From positions 4,607,454 through 4,671,453 of the forward strand of contig NW_002060946.1 in the NCBI RefSeq assembly GCF_000150275.1: a stretch of 64,000 nucleotides of DNA. The letters run 5' to 3'. The notes beneath the pieces were generated by a model that worked only from the letters and a program-made list of their open reading frames with translations, ran no database searches and was not told the DNA's origin. The position numbers and the translations under genes are program-made. Position 1 is the first letter of the stretch. Every line of letters starts with the position of its first letter. This stretch comes from Trichoplax adhaerens (Eukaryota > Animalia > Placozoa). Positions 28,358 to 41,130 of the stretch are shown one piece after another.

Positions 28358-28722
28358 CAAAGTCTACTAGTTCTACTTCTGTAAGTTAGACGACAGAACG
28401 ATAACATCTATGTGAAGGCTACTTCGCTACAAATATACTGAATATATATCTGCTATATATCTTTAATTCTACGATTACTATATATGTACGTCTACCCCAT
28501 GGGAATAAATATAGATGAAGAAATCTATAGACAGATTTTAAACAAAGTCTACTAGTTCTACTACTGTAAGTTAGACGACAGAACGATAACATCTATGTGA
28601 AGGCTACTTCGCTACAAATATACTGTATATATGTATATCTGCTATATATCTTTAATTCTACGATACGTCTACCCCATGGGAATAAATATAGTTGAAGAAA
28701 TCTATAGACAGATTTTAAACAC
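28358..28722. repeat. Tandem duplication of a ~185-bp unit (2 near-identical copies, plus an older partial copy at ~28141-28230)
   Basis: caaagtctactagttctact...gtaagttagacgacagaacgataacatctatgtgaaggctacttcgctacaaatatactg...acagattttaaaca starts at 28358 and again at 28543. Confidence 0.9.
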
Positions 28723-28729
28723 AGGTAGT

Positions 28730-28912
28730 AACAGTGTTGTACAGTGTACAGTGTACAGTACTGCTCAATTGTACTGTACTCTACTGTACTGTACTCGGGG
28801 CACGGTCAATGACTACTAGTGTACAGTATGAAACATTGGTACCAAATCATATGAATGGAAAGACGGGTTAAAGAAGGTTTTCCTTGGGGATCCCTGGTAC
28901 TGTACTGTACCA
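28730..28912. repeat. TACAG/CTGTA island upstream of RBM18
   Basis: gtacagtgtacagtgtacagtactg...gtactgtactctactgtactgtac...gtactgtactgtacc. Confidence 0.8.
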
Positions 28913-29057
28913 GATAGCCAGTTCTCTTCTAGTGTATGACTGTCAATTCGCCATCAGTAATTTTGCTGCAGTGCATTAGATGAGTTTTGGTTGGAAATTG
29001 GTTGTGATTAATCCTCAAAGTTGGTCTTACGAAAGGTAGAAATAAAGCAGTTTGGCA

Positions 29058-30575
29058 ATGGAAAAGAAAAGTGACGATAGCAGGGCATGGAGACTGTTTA
29101 TTGGGAACATGGACAGGCGTTTGACTGAGTAAGTATATAGAAAATCACCTTGCAGGAGATGCGGTGAAAATGCAACACTACTAAAGTATTCTGTACTGTA
29201 ATTGATGTCAACATAAATGTAAATTAAGCACTAGACTTTTCGTCAATCGTTAGCTTTGAATGCGAATAACTCTATTAGAGATAGTGAGTTGTTCATCAGC
29301 AGACAATGATTGGCTTGTGCAACTATAGAGAGTTAAATTTAAAGTAGAAACTGACACAGAACATCCAATGTGCAACGGAATATTGTGATCACTACAGTAC
29401 TTAGAAACACCTACTAGCAAATTTGTCGTAGTATTATTCGTGATGAGTAGTCAAGATTAGAATAGCGTGCAAGTATGGTAAGATTAACATATTACCTTAA
29501 GCCATACTCGTTTACAATTTATTTGTACACAAAGTCATCCCCTGATTGGGATCGCAAAGTAGAGTACAGGGAAAAGTAATCGTAATCAATTGATTTTATA
29601 AAATGTCTTTATTATTGAGTAGAACCGTTAGTAATCATGCTACATACTATGCGCTTATATATTATACTAGTGAAATAGTGTAATTACAAAATTGCAATGA
29701 ATTGATAAGTGGAATACATTTCCAATTTCGGTTTTGCTCAACAGTGCCGATATACTAAAATTAACCTCCAAATACGGAAAAATAAAAGCCGTTTCTGAAA
29801 GGATTCCAAAAACCGGACCCAAGAAAGGGAGGCGATTGAATTATTGCTTTGTGGATTATGAATCGGAAGAGGTTATTTTTAAATAAATTCTTGAGTCGTA
29901 TTTTATGGTATGTTATATGATTGTGATAACAGTTAGAATTTCAATGGCTATGTTTTATTTCTTAATTAAGGCTGCTGACAAGGCTAGGATCAGTTTGAAC
30001 GGGAAAATCATTGGATTCAAGATTTTACAAGTTCGATGGGCTAGGCAATCTGGCTATCCAGAACTAACTATGATTACGGGTACCGGCAAACGAAAGTATG
30101 ATTGTAATGAAGGCAATAGGGTAGCTTCAATATCACGAAATTTAAGGTGAGATTTTAACGTAGGGCTAAGAAACGAGACCACTACGCAGTACTGTATAGT
30201 TTTGTTGTTGATTGACTGGAGTTTGCGTAACGATTTTGAAACTTGTACTGTATAGTATGTACGTTGGCAATTGAAAAGTTCTGACGCTACGTCTTTGATT
30301 ATATTACTTTTCTAAATGTTTCATTTATGGCTAATAGTGGATTATACTAAAGTGCTACGTCTGCGTAATACATAAATCTGATTAAATTATCGCATCTACT
30401 TATAGATAATCAGTAAATATCGTGAAAACTCTAATTCTGCAACCAGTACTAGTAGTTCCTCTGTTGTAATTCGTTCTTTTTAATTTATTTTATATGGGTT
30501 CCGTGCTGCAGGGCTACTACTACAATGGTCGAAGTCATCCAGAAAAAGTTAAAGTCTATGGAAAAAAAAGGATAA
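29058..30575 (+). CDS. RBM18: RRM-domain RNA-binding protein 18 (4 exons)
   Basis: MEKKSDDSRAWRLFIGNMDRRLTD / ADILKLTSKYGKIK...GPKKGRRLNYCFVDYESEE / AADKARISLNGKIIGFKILQVRWA / TTMVEVIQKKLKSME. The layout matches RBM18, including the C-terminal 'I..KLK.M' helix. Confidence 0.8.
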
Positions 30576-31875
30576 AAGATATTTCCTCATACTAACTTCC
30601 ACATGAATAACCTAATCAAATTTTTGTAAATATCTACATCAAGTGTAATATATCAAACGTTTTTGGCTTATTTTAGTTGTCATTCACATCGTTTATTTCT
30701 ACTTCGATATTATGCAGTATGATAGCATAACTAGTGAATAGTCGTGCCTTTAATAAGAAGGAATGACAAAGTAATCTATGTACTTACTGTAAGGTATGGA
30801 TATGAGAAGAAGTCGTCGTTGTCAATAATGCTTACGTATTGTAGTAAGGCGTAATGTTATAAATATACACCAATTCTGATATAAACTATCTTATTGACAA
30901 TATTACAGAAATGGACATGTTTCCCACTTCATAGTTTACATGTATGCGTGCTAATTAGAGTCCTTGCAATTAACCGTGATGACCGACTTCTGAACGTCGG
31001 TGTTAGATCATTTTAACAGCAACGTATTATTTACCGACATTTTTAATTATAAGAAGACATTCATATTGATATGGACACATCTTGATATATGTATTTACAC
31101 ATTTAAAGTGCAAGCCTTTTATCCTAAAGATAGAAAAATATTTATTTTATTGTACCAAACGATTTGAGTTACTTAATTTTATAGTATAAATAATCGTTAT
31201 CAGTTTAATTTTCGTTTCTAGATTCTGTCACGACGTTCAACATTTTTATAACGTTATAATAATGTAATAAAAGCGATACATTTTAAACTAAAACTATACT
31301 TTGCTACGAAGAATGGTTTAAGATTTACAATCCAAAAGTTAGTACAGTGTAGACTCAACGATACATGGAATGTATTAACAATCTTGCATCTGAGTTGTGT
31401 TGTACTTTATGCGAAGTGAAGGCTTACAACATATCTGATCTTGAATTACTTCAACATGGAAAGCAATGCAGTAAATAATGCTAATAGTAATAATGTATAG
31501 GATTAGATAAACTGTAGGATATAAGAAATTACCTTAAAAAATAGTTACGTTAAACTCACTCAAAGTGAACTGAAAATCAGTATAATTTTCGTACATCTCA
31601 CTCTCAGTTAAGTCTAAGAATAGAAAGAAGCATATTTTGGCACTATCACACATTTGCTAAACTATTAATTATTCATTATTTGTTGTGCAAACGCTAATGC
31701 TATATACTTGCAAATATATACGTATATATAATAGTAAATTTACAGCTTTTATACAGGATGATGAAAGTAGAATAACCAGGCTTGCCGGCGTATCGGAAGT
31801 TGGATAATAGTTTAATCACATGAGTATTTCAAAAGCAGTGTCATGTATGAAGGATTGATCTTAAGGCAAAGTTGA

Positions 31876-33161
31876 CTATGCCCTTGTTTGACCTTCTGAT
31901 GTGGATTTTGGGCCATCCTTTAATTTATAAGTATCTCGCTTCAAGATACCTAGCAAGGCTTGAGAACTCTCTAGGATCTAATATATAAATATTTCGTATT
32001 AAAATTCATAAATTCCTCTACTAAATGTAGTTAAAGCCGGAAGTAGATACTACAGCATAGGGATCATCGTGAGACTATCAAACTAAGGCAATTGATTGAC
32101 ATAACAAAATGATAGTGTTACAGTATGATGAATACTAGAGACCCATAGAGACTTAGGTCTCTAGGGGTCTCTAATGAATACTATACAAAACTGCATAGAC
32201 AACCATTTTGATATGTCATGTAACACTGAAACTTTAAAGTAACAACGCAGGATTGCTGTATTCGGCTAACTTACTTTCATGTAAGCCCCTTCAGTTTCAG
32301 CTATAGTCTTATCAAATTCATTTCTATTCGCCATTTTCTTTGCCAAACTTTCATTAATTTTAGCCAGTTTTTCGGTTAAAATTCTGATATCATTTTGTAC
32401 TTTAGCTTTTTCTTCTTCTTCAGCTAAAATCTGGCGATGCAATTCATCACGTTTTGAGCAAAGATCTTCGATGCCTATCAGTTATTAAAATGATGGCAAA
32501 AATTATTTCATAAGTCGACCTTACAACCAACCGACTATTTTATAATATTGCACTTTGATGTAATCCGTCCGAATGATTGTATCGTTCAAAGAGGAGATAG
32601 TTTAATAATAGGGAAGAAATAGTAGGATAGCTAGGCAGGTGTACAGTACAACAATCGTTTTTCATTATATCTATCGACAGTAATTAAGTAGTGCTCGTAA
32701 GAGTTTACTTTAAAATGCTCTTTATAATAGTCTTTATGCTAAGAAGATGGCAAAATGCTCAACTGTGGATATCAAGGTTTCAGTAAAGCCAAACTAAATC
32801 GTATAAATACGAATTTGTTACTTCGTAGTTTTCATCGTATCTTTGAAACAGTATGCACTACTGGTGAGGGTATATTAAAAGCGTAATTTCGAGTATTTTT
32901 TCTAGGTATGTTATGGAGTATGTACGTATACAAGTCTGAGCCTTTCGTACCATTACTTTGTTTGTTGTACTGATTGATAGTCTAGAAATACTACGTTTAA
33001 GATAGAACATATACCACTGTAGCCTTAACCTTATTAGTGAATAAGAATGATTTACCCATTGAAAAATAATCACCATCGTAGTATCAGTAGCAAAGTAAAG
33101 ACAACTTACATTTGACCAATTCGTTGTTGTATCCTTGTAAAGTAGCTCCTTGTTGTGCCAT
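31876..33161 (-). CDS. SSNA1: SSNA1/NA14/DIP13 microtubule and basal-body coiled-coil protein (3 coding exons)
   Basis: Exons 33161-33110, 32474-32275 and 31977-31876 give [61 protein letters not shown]...[23 protein letters not shown]. Confidence 0.96.
32128..32181. mobile_element. 38-bp hairpin miniature transposon with 8-bp TSD (hAT-like) in SSNA1 intron 2
   Basis: ATGAATAC [TAGAGACCCATAGAGAC-TTAG-GTCTCTAGGGGTCTCTA] ATGAATAC. Confidence 0.75.
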
Positions 33162-34093
33162 GTTTTCTAGATTATGCAATATGATAATTATTTACTAATA
33201 TAGCAAGTGAAACTCAAGTATCAGCTAATAGCTGCTGTATGATTGTTGTTTCAATACTGTACAAAACTTTTGATTATCGCGTAAACAGTCAAAATGGCGC
33301 CATTCTACATTCTTACTGCGTGACAATCTGTTACTTTTTATGAATAGTTACAGCTTATAAATTATAGTATATCATCAGTCGATGCAAAGACACAGTCATT
33401 ATGCAATACTATAACATATTCACTGTAATTACCTACAAGCTGTACCATGTAACTTATATTAATGATAAAATCAATGATAAACCACTTTACTTTACTTGTT
33501 ATTGATAAATACGGATGGTAAGTAAGACCGATATTTGCAGTCATATCAACTGATGATCACTAGGATAATTCAATTCTATCTATCTTTTAATAATTACTAC
33601 GTAGTCTATTGTAGGCCGAGATGGACAGTCATTTAAACGTAAAGTAAGTCTTATTTATAATCTATTTGATGACTACGAACAAGATTAATTCACTTCTTGC
33701 TCATTTCTTCATGCTTATCCACTAAGTTGTACGACTTTCAATCTTGATGAAATCATGATAACTAAGTTAATCTAGATTATAATATACGCGTATCTTACCG
33801 ATTTTGTAGAACTTTTCGCTAGTCTTTCACACGCTCAAGTTATTTTAATTGGGTATAGAGTTGTTTTTAATGGATTGTATTCAAAGTTGCTTGAAGATTG
33901 GGAAAATAAGGAAATTCTTAATGCACCTTTGAAGTCAATGCAGTCTGGCTATTCGGAATCTAGTGACCGTCAGTAGTCCGGTGTCCGCGCGTCCGAGAAT
34001 ATGGCTAGTCTACTACTCATGACGCATAGAACGCAGTGGTCGTTATTATAGACTTTAGCTCGCAGCGAGTAGTGACACAGAGTATTTATTTTG

Positions 34094-34120
34094 GTTGCCC
34101 GCCAACGGTTGCTAAGATAC
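34094..34120. promoter_or_regulatory. Tandem RFX X-box-like motifs in the SSNA1/TTLL9 divergent promoter
   Basis: GTTGCCCGCCAAC (34094-34106) and GTTGCTAAGATAC (34108-34120) lie in a locally GC-rich patch between two ciliary genes. Confidence 0.65.
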
Positions 34121-34396
34121 AGCGAGAACTGAGCGCCGCCAGGCCCATCCTCTGATTCCTGCCCTGTCTACTGTAGCCTGTATTAGTTTGTGAAGAGTTG
34201 TTGATGGATACTGTATCATGCAGCTAGCATTCGCTCATATAAATACTATCAATTATGCTAGACCAGAGACCGTTTACGTTTGATCTAGCTTAAGTCTACC
34301 TGGCAAATTATTATCCATACAGTACCATAAAGTATAACGGAACTGATTTCAATGACCAATCATAACTCTCTCCTTACTGTTATGCTAAGATAAAAT

Positions 34397-37300
34397 ATGG
34401 CTAGTAAAGCCAATAATTATAGCAAGGTAATATATTATCCCATTTAATCATTATAACTATATAGAAGCATAGATACGTAGAATATCTTATTTCTTATGTT
34501 AAATTGCGTACGGACGCAATTAGTAGTTTATATTGCAGATTCATATACTAGTGAATGAATTAGTAGTACGTGCAATTAGTTTGTCGACTAATTTATATTA
34601 GCACAGTTACTTTACTCACTTTATTGCACCAACTAAAAGTTAATGACAGCGATGCAATTTAAACTTTTAAAGATTGATAAGTTCTAATGACTTCCTAATT
34701 GATCGTTATAGGCAACCAACAATCGAAATTACAATTATTGTAAGTATTTATAATCTGCTACCGTAAGTCAGCGGCATATTTGTTAGATAAAATTAAACTG
34801 TAATTAGATATGATTGCATTAATAATTAAAGTAAACCTAATAAATGGATTTGCAACTGCAAAACTCTTGATTTTCCATCGATGATATATAAAGTACTTTC
34901 CTCCAATCATAATCTGATCAGTTTCCTCGTCCATTTTATACATTAATTAATATTAGGTAGTCTGTATTACGTACTTAAAAAGTTCATCATGATGATATCA
35001 CTTATTTTATTGTAAGTAAAGTTAACGCATATCATAATAAAAATATTAAAGCAGAATATCATTGGCACAATATAACTGAGCAATATAGTACAATACAGTA
35101 CGTTTATTTATGCGATGTCGTTACTAATACTTGATGCTCTGATTACGTTGTATTTATTTAATTATTATGGCAGAAATATTATTCTACGTTATGATATTGT
35201 ATATCTTAAATAGTTGCCAGGAGAATTTTTTGGTTAAGTAAACTTAACAAATCACCTACGAATTAGACCATTTATCAATTTAAACTCTTTACTCTATCTT
35301 GCTACTCATAAATGACACGGACCTTTAGCAAATCGATCATTCCAACGGAAAATCACGTATGTTATATTTATCACAGTACTTTGTTTAATTTTGTGACTAA
35401 TATTGCAATATAATATTACTCTCGGACCCTTAAGCTTTATTCTGATTTTATTATAACAACAAAATACTTATAATTTTGTCATTGGTTGCAGGGATAATAG
35501 AACTATACGATTTAAATGCAATCTTCAAAATACAATTATTGACGTCCTAAGAGATAGGGGATGGACAGAGGTTAAAGAGTAAGTGAAATAAGATACTAGC
35601 CTCCGCTATTATTATATTAATATTACAACACCTGAACTTTATATACTTAAATTGATACCGCAGCTACAGTAGATTAATTAAAATTCAGTTTGACTTCATT
35701 ATTAGAGTATCAGAATAGTCTATGGAGTTTACGTTCAATATCTCTTGCTAATAGTGCAAAAAATAAATACACTATTTCATAGTGAAAGTGATTGGGATTT
35801 TTACTGGTGTGACGTCGGATGGCTGCGGGAAAACTTTGACCACATGTTTATGGAAGAACATGTTAGAATTTGTCACTTTCGAAATCATTACGAGGTAAAA
35901 TTAGACAATTCTGAAAAATACTGCACTACTAACACGCTATTACTTATATACTACAGTATTTAATTACCGTGAATCATTTATACTAACATGAATATATCCT
36001 TTGATCAACAAATTCGAAATCTGCTGCCTACGTTCAGTTAACAAGGAAAAATCTTATGGCCAAGAATTTGAAACGATTACGCAAGCAAATCGAGCGTGAA
36101 CAGGGGAAAGTAGAAGCTACCAAGTATGAATTTTATTGAGAATTTAAATTTAAATTTTAGTAGTGTATTTCATATGCGGTAGCTAAACCTAAATTAATGT
36201 CTTCATTGCTCTGGCAATCCATAAAAGGTGTGATTTCTTTCCCACTACCTATGAGCTTCCTGTAAGCGAATTGATGCATTATCTATTATGAATAAAGTAG
36301 TAAATTTAGGTATTAGATAAGTGTATGCTAACTTTTTTATGTGGTCTTATCTACCGTTAGTCTGAATTTCATATCTTTGTTGAGGAATTTAAGCGAAATC
36401 CTGGATCGACCTGGATCATGAAGCCTGTAAGTTTCCATACCTAACTCTAGACTTATTATTATTTCGAAATATAGACAATTCCAAGTTCCGGAAATTATTA
36501 CGGTTTACACAAAGTGGCATTAGTTCAATCTGATTTAATTTAGCGCTGTTGTCTAATAATAACTGCTACACCTATAAAGTATTTGAGATTAGTTAATCTT
36601 GAAAAATAAATTAGGTCGCAAAATCGCAAGGGAAGGGAATTTTCTTATTTAGGAAACTGACCGATATTCCTGATTGGTGTAAGGTAACACCGCGATATCA
36701 GATTTAATCTGCTGTTACCTTCGGATCAAGAAGAGCTGTTTCATATATTGCATGATTTAATTTTAAACTAGAAAAAAGGGATGGATGCGCCAGACACTTA
36801 TATTGTACAAAGATATGTAGAGTCTCCTTATTTAATTGGAGGTATTTGAATAAAGAATAATATTACTAACATACGAATAATATATGAATACTTTCATAAA
36901 TGCTACATTTATACTTAAAATACGTAATAATAATGACTTGATATTAAATGAATTACAATCCTAGGGAGAAAATTCGATATGAGAATCTATGTTCTTGTCA
37001 CCACGGTAAAATGTTTGTTGTTATATATTTGCTGCAATTGTCATTGCTACTTAAAATTTTAAACTTTTTTTGACAACTGTTAAAGATATTATTCTAAGCC
37101 TGCTGACTTACATAAAAACGATAATTCATTTTTATTACACCTCAATCTAAACATATTATTGTTATTAGAACTGGCCTACAGGTAAAATAATTATGCTTTC
37201 TATTATATTGCAGTATATTCCGATTAAAGCCTACTTATATCGTGAAGGATTTGCAAGATTTTCCAATACGCGTTATAACTTAGAAAGCATAGAAGACTCT

Positions 37301-38487
37301 TGTATGTACAGTATATTGGCTTAGGGTATTATGCAGCTTGCTGTCTACAATGACAGTATGAAATTTCTCGGCTATATTTTGAAACAAGAACGTAGACAGT
37401 TAGCTTTATTGCATTAGGATTGTAATTTTGATATAATCTCTCATGATAGATATTCATCTAACAAATGTTGCGATTCAGAAAACTGCACCTGATTACGATT
37501 CAGAAAAGGTAGGTGGTTAAATCCTTAGAGCTAAAAGTACATTTTCCAGAGTGCTTTGCATGTATTGGTAGACATTCAATCCTTATGACTTAAAGGAAAG
37601 TAAACTCTTAAGCATTCTCTTATTTTTGCCTTTAAAGGGATGTAAATGGTCCCTGGATTCGCTTAGAAAATACTTAACGGCTAAACATGGCATTGAAAGC
37701 CTTGAAACACTGCTACAAGCAATTACTAACATTTTTATAAAGAGTTTGCAAAGCGTTCAGCGAGTTATTATCAACGACAAGCATTGCTTTGAATTATATG
37801 GATTCGATATTTTAATTGATGCTAATTTAAAGCCGTAAGTTAATCTAGAAATCATAGCTTTTGTCCACATACCTTATCAAGCTTCTAATTAGTTGTTCTA
37901 AAGATGACCAGTCAATAGAAGACTAACGTGGAGTTATCATTTCATGATGTTAGTTGGCTATTGGAAATTAATGCCTCGCCGTCTCTAACCGCGAGTAGTC
38001 AATCTGATTATGAGATGAAAGTTCGTCTATTGGAAGATGTACTAAATGTGGTTGATATGGAAAACAAGTAAATGACAAAAGATTGCAATTTTAAGCTAAT
38101 GTTTTGTTTACGTATTATAGTGATACAGTAAGGAGTATTTATCGTGTCAATATATTTTATTCCATTCGTTACAGGCTAACGGGCAAGGAGAAAAGAGTTG
38201 GTGGGTTCGATTTAATTTGGGATGATGGACCAGTAACTAAAGAAGATGTGGGCTTCGATTCGATTTCGTCGTCGTCCCTATATACGTCTAATGTGTTTCT
38301 AGGTAATAACTGTCTATTTCATCAATGAAAGTAGTAACTATTACACCTTATGCTGTACTACACTAGTTGCACTTTATTGATGATTATTAATATATACAAA
38401 GGGTGTCTGAATGATCGCGAGCAACAACTAAAGCAAATGTACAAGCAACAACAGAATAAGGCTGCAGCTACTCAATCCAACAATTGA
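34397..38487 (+). CDS. TTLL9: Tubulin polyglutamylase TTLL9 (about 17 exons; N-terminal microexons inferred)
   Basis: [143 protein letters not shown] and [20 protein letters not shown]. The start position is less certain than the gene identity. Confidence 0.93.
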
Positions 38488-39251
38488 TCCGTATTTTAAG
38501 TCTGCTACTATATCGGTGGTAAAAGTGATGTTAGAAATTGATGTTTAATTGAAACTGTAACATTTTTTTAACGTACAATTTGGCATATACCATAATCCTG
38601 ACAACATCTTGCGGATATTCCAAAAGGTTAAAATTGTGATAGCAATGAAACATTAGTACTGTATCATAGGATAATATTATTCTACCGTACACATTATACA
38701 CATACTGTACGTACGTATTTGTAAGTTGTTTTTAACTATCTCTAACCTACTATGGGATATAAATAATACAATTAGCCGTTTTTCTTTAACCTATTATTAT
38801 AACCGTGTTATTTTATTAATACTGTGTACAAAAGTAACAGATACATATCTTACATTTATTCATTCATAAATATTTTTAATCAAATTTGTAACATAAAGAA
38901 AGAATTCGAAATTTTGAATGTGAGTATAACATAGTAGCTTTAAATTATAGCTGCATTTCACAATTTAATATCTTATTGCTACCTAGAATGGAGATTACTG
39001 AGTAATGTTTTGTAGAAGAAATAGACATTATTTACAATAATTTGATATGATTAAAAGAAGACTTTCTGTAAAAGTAGTTTCCTCTTTCAATCTGATCGTA
39101 CTAAGAAATTGGTGAGAAACTTACAATAAACAAAAAAATATCAATAGTCACAACTATTGTTTAATCGAAAGAAAAGTATAGTACAAATTATGTACAATAC
39201 AAGTATTCCATGGCTGCTTCATCTGAGTAGATTTTCATGGTATTTGATCTG

Positions 39252-40944
39252 CTAATTACGTGCTTGAGTTACGTTCGAGAGTTCATCGCGACTTAAAGGT
39301 TTTAGATCGAATCCTTTACGTGGTTGTTTACCTACATGATCAAATAACGTATGAAAATGTTTAATTTTAAAACGTGAATAGTAGAATAGTATGCACGTAT
39401 GACTATTTGCCGATATTTCCGTAGCTCGCCAAACATAGTTACGAAAAGAAATTAATAGTAGGTATTGATTATACAGATTTGGTACTTGTTAGCATCATAT
39501 TTAAACAAGCAACAATAACAAGCTACCTTCCATTTCATATAGTTGTGCCATTTTAGGTTTCAAGTTCTCATGCAGTTTATTAATTTCGGCTTGAGTATTT
39601 TCTTGGCCTAAGTTTTTAAATGATATAGCATTTTACCTCCGCGTAGAATACTGCCATTACTACAAATTAAGCCTACGATTTACAACATACTTTTAATAGT
39701 ATTGTTATAGTAATAATTCCGTTACTGCAACCTTAATCATACCTTTTTCTAGTAAATTTTGAATACTACCATTAGGCAATTCAATAAATGTATCGCCAAA
39801 GCACATCCACGATTGATCTTAAAGTTAGGATATTAAAATCGTTAATTATCCATCGAATAGGTGCAAACGGTTACACTATTTTATTAATTAGCTTATTCCT
39901 TTTTGGTGACTAAGAAGCAAGGATAATTAATCTACGTCTATGTCTTGGATGTTACTTGATTTATCGGTGTTTCTAATGCTGCGGAATGCTTCTCTGTGAC
40001 CATTTCTTCGTTTATCAAGTGATACAATCTATAATTATAAAGTGTGTTGTTAGAACGATGGAGTAGCCATGCTCTACAGATAAGGTGAATGAATAAATTT
40101 CAAGTAAACCTTACTAACATGTACATTAGAACCAGTATTGTTACAGCAGCTGTACAATACGCGTATGTGAAGGAGGATTAAAGTAGATTTCAATTTTGGA
40201 TAATTTATCGGATACTATACGTTACTATATACAGTACGAGTAGAGGACAACAGGATGTAGTACCATGTATATGGCGTAGTACTGCCCTTAGGAATACATT
40301 GCTGTAGGAATAGTTTAACACACGCCACTTCTATTCTGCTCACTAGAGTTGCAGCTACAATTAGTATCAAGCATGCAGTACTTACAGGACACTGTAACAT
40401 AAAATCCAACAATTTGACTTTATTGGTCAAGGTGAAATATTGTTATTTACAAGGTAATGTACTATTTACGTCCAATCGACTGGTATGAGATACAGATACT
40501 CGTATGTTGATAGCTTGCGCTAAAGTGAACAGGTCTTGACTGAATTGTGCGTCGACAGCTTAAATACTTGCAACTGGCAAGGAAAGTGCAGTATGATAGG
40601 GATGATAACGAAAGGCGTTGTAATATTATATTTATGTATCCATATTCGCTTAATACAGGGCAGTAACTTTAGATCATGATATACTAAAGCACAAGTAGGT
40701 CTACATTATATGTGAAACTACTGTGCAATCCATTCAGGAAATGTAACAAACTACGTATTGCATAGGCAAGCTGACATTGAATATTTTCATCATAATCATT
40801 ATAGAGAGTATTATCGTCGACTATTTTATACTATACCATTTGTTTATCCACGAGAATGTCTTCGGCTAAGATTTCAATATCGGTCATATACTTTAAAACC
40901 GCTTGGACAGCCTCGGCGGTCTCATCATTGTCGCTGGCAGCCAT
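39252..40944 (-). CDS. PDRG1: p53 and DNA damage-regulated protein 1 (prefoldin-like), 5 exons
   Basis: VLKYMTDIEILAEDILVDKQMIVSLDKRRNGHREAFR / WMCFGDTFIELP / AEINKLHENLKPKMAQLYEMEG / KQPRKGFDLKPLSRDEL. Confidence 0.93.
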
Positions 40945-40984
40945 TTTGCAGGTCGATTCGATTGCAGTTTGGTTCAATATCTTA

Positions 40985-41093
40985 TACAGTACTTTACATT
41001 GTACAATGTACAGTACAATGACAGACTCTGGCTTGTAGACCTTCGACACAAGCCCCTGGTACAGTACTGTTGTTCTACAGTATACTGTACTGC
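40985..41093. repeat. TACAG/CTGTA island at the PDRG1 (and probably Rab22/31) promoter
   Basis: tacagtactttacattgtacaatgtacagtac...gtacagtactg...ctacagtatactgtactg. Confidence 0.75.
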
Positions 41094-41130
41094 TGACTTC
41101 TACTTTCCTTCATGTTTCTAGTTGCATTGT

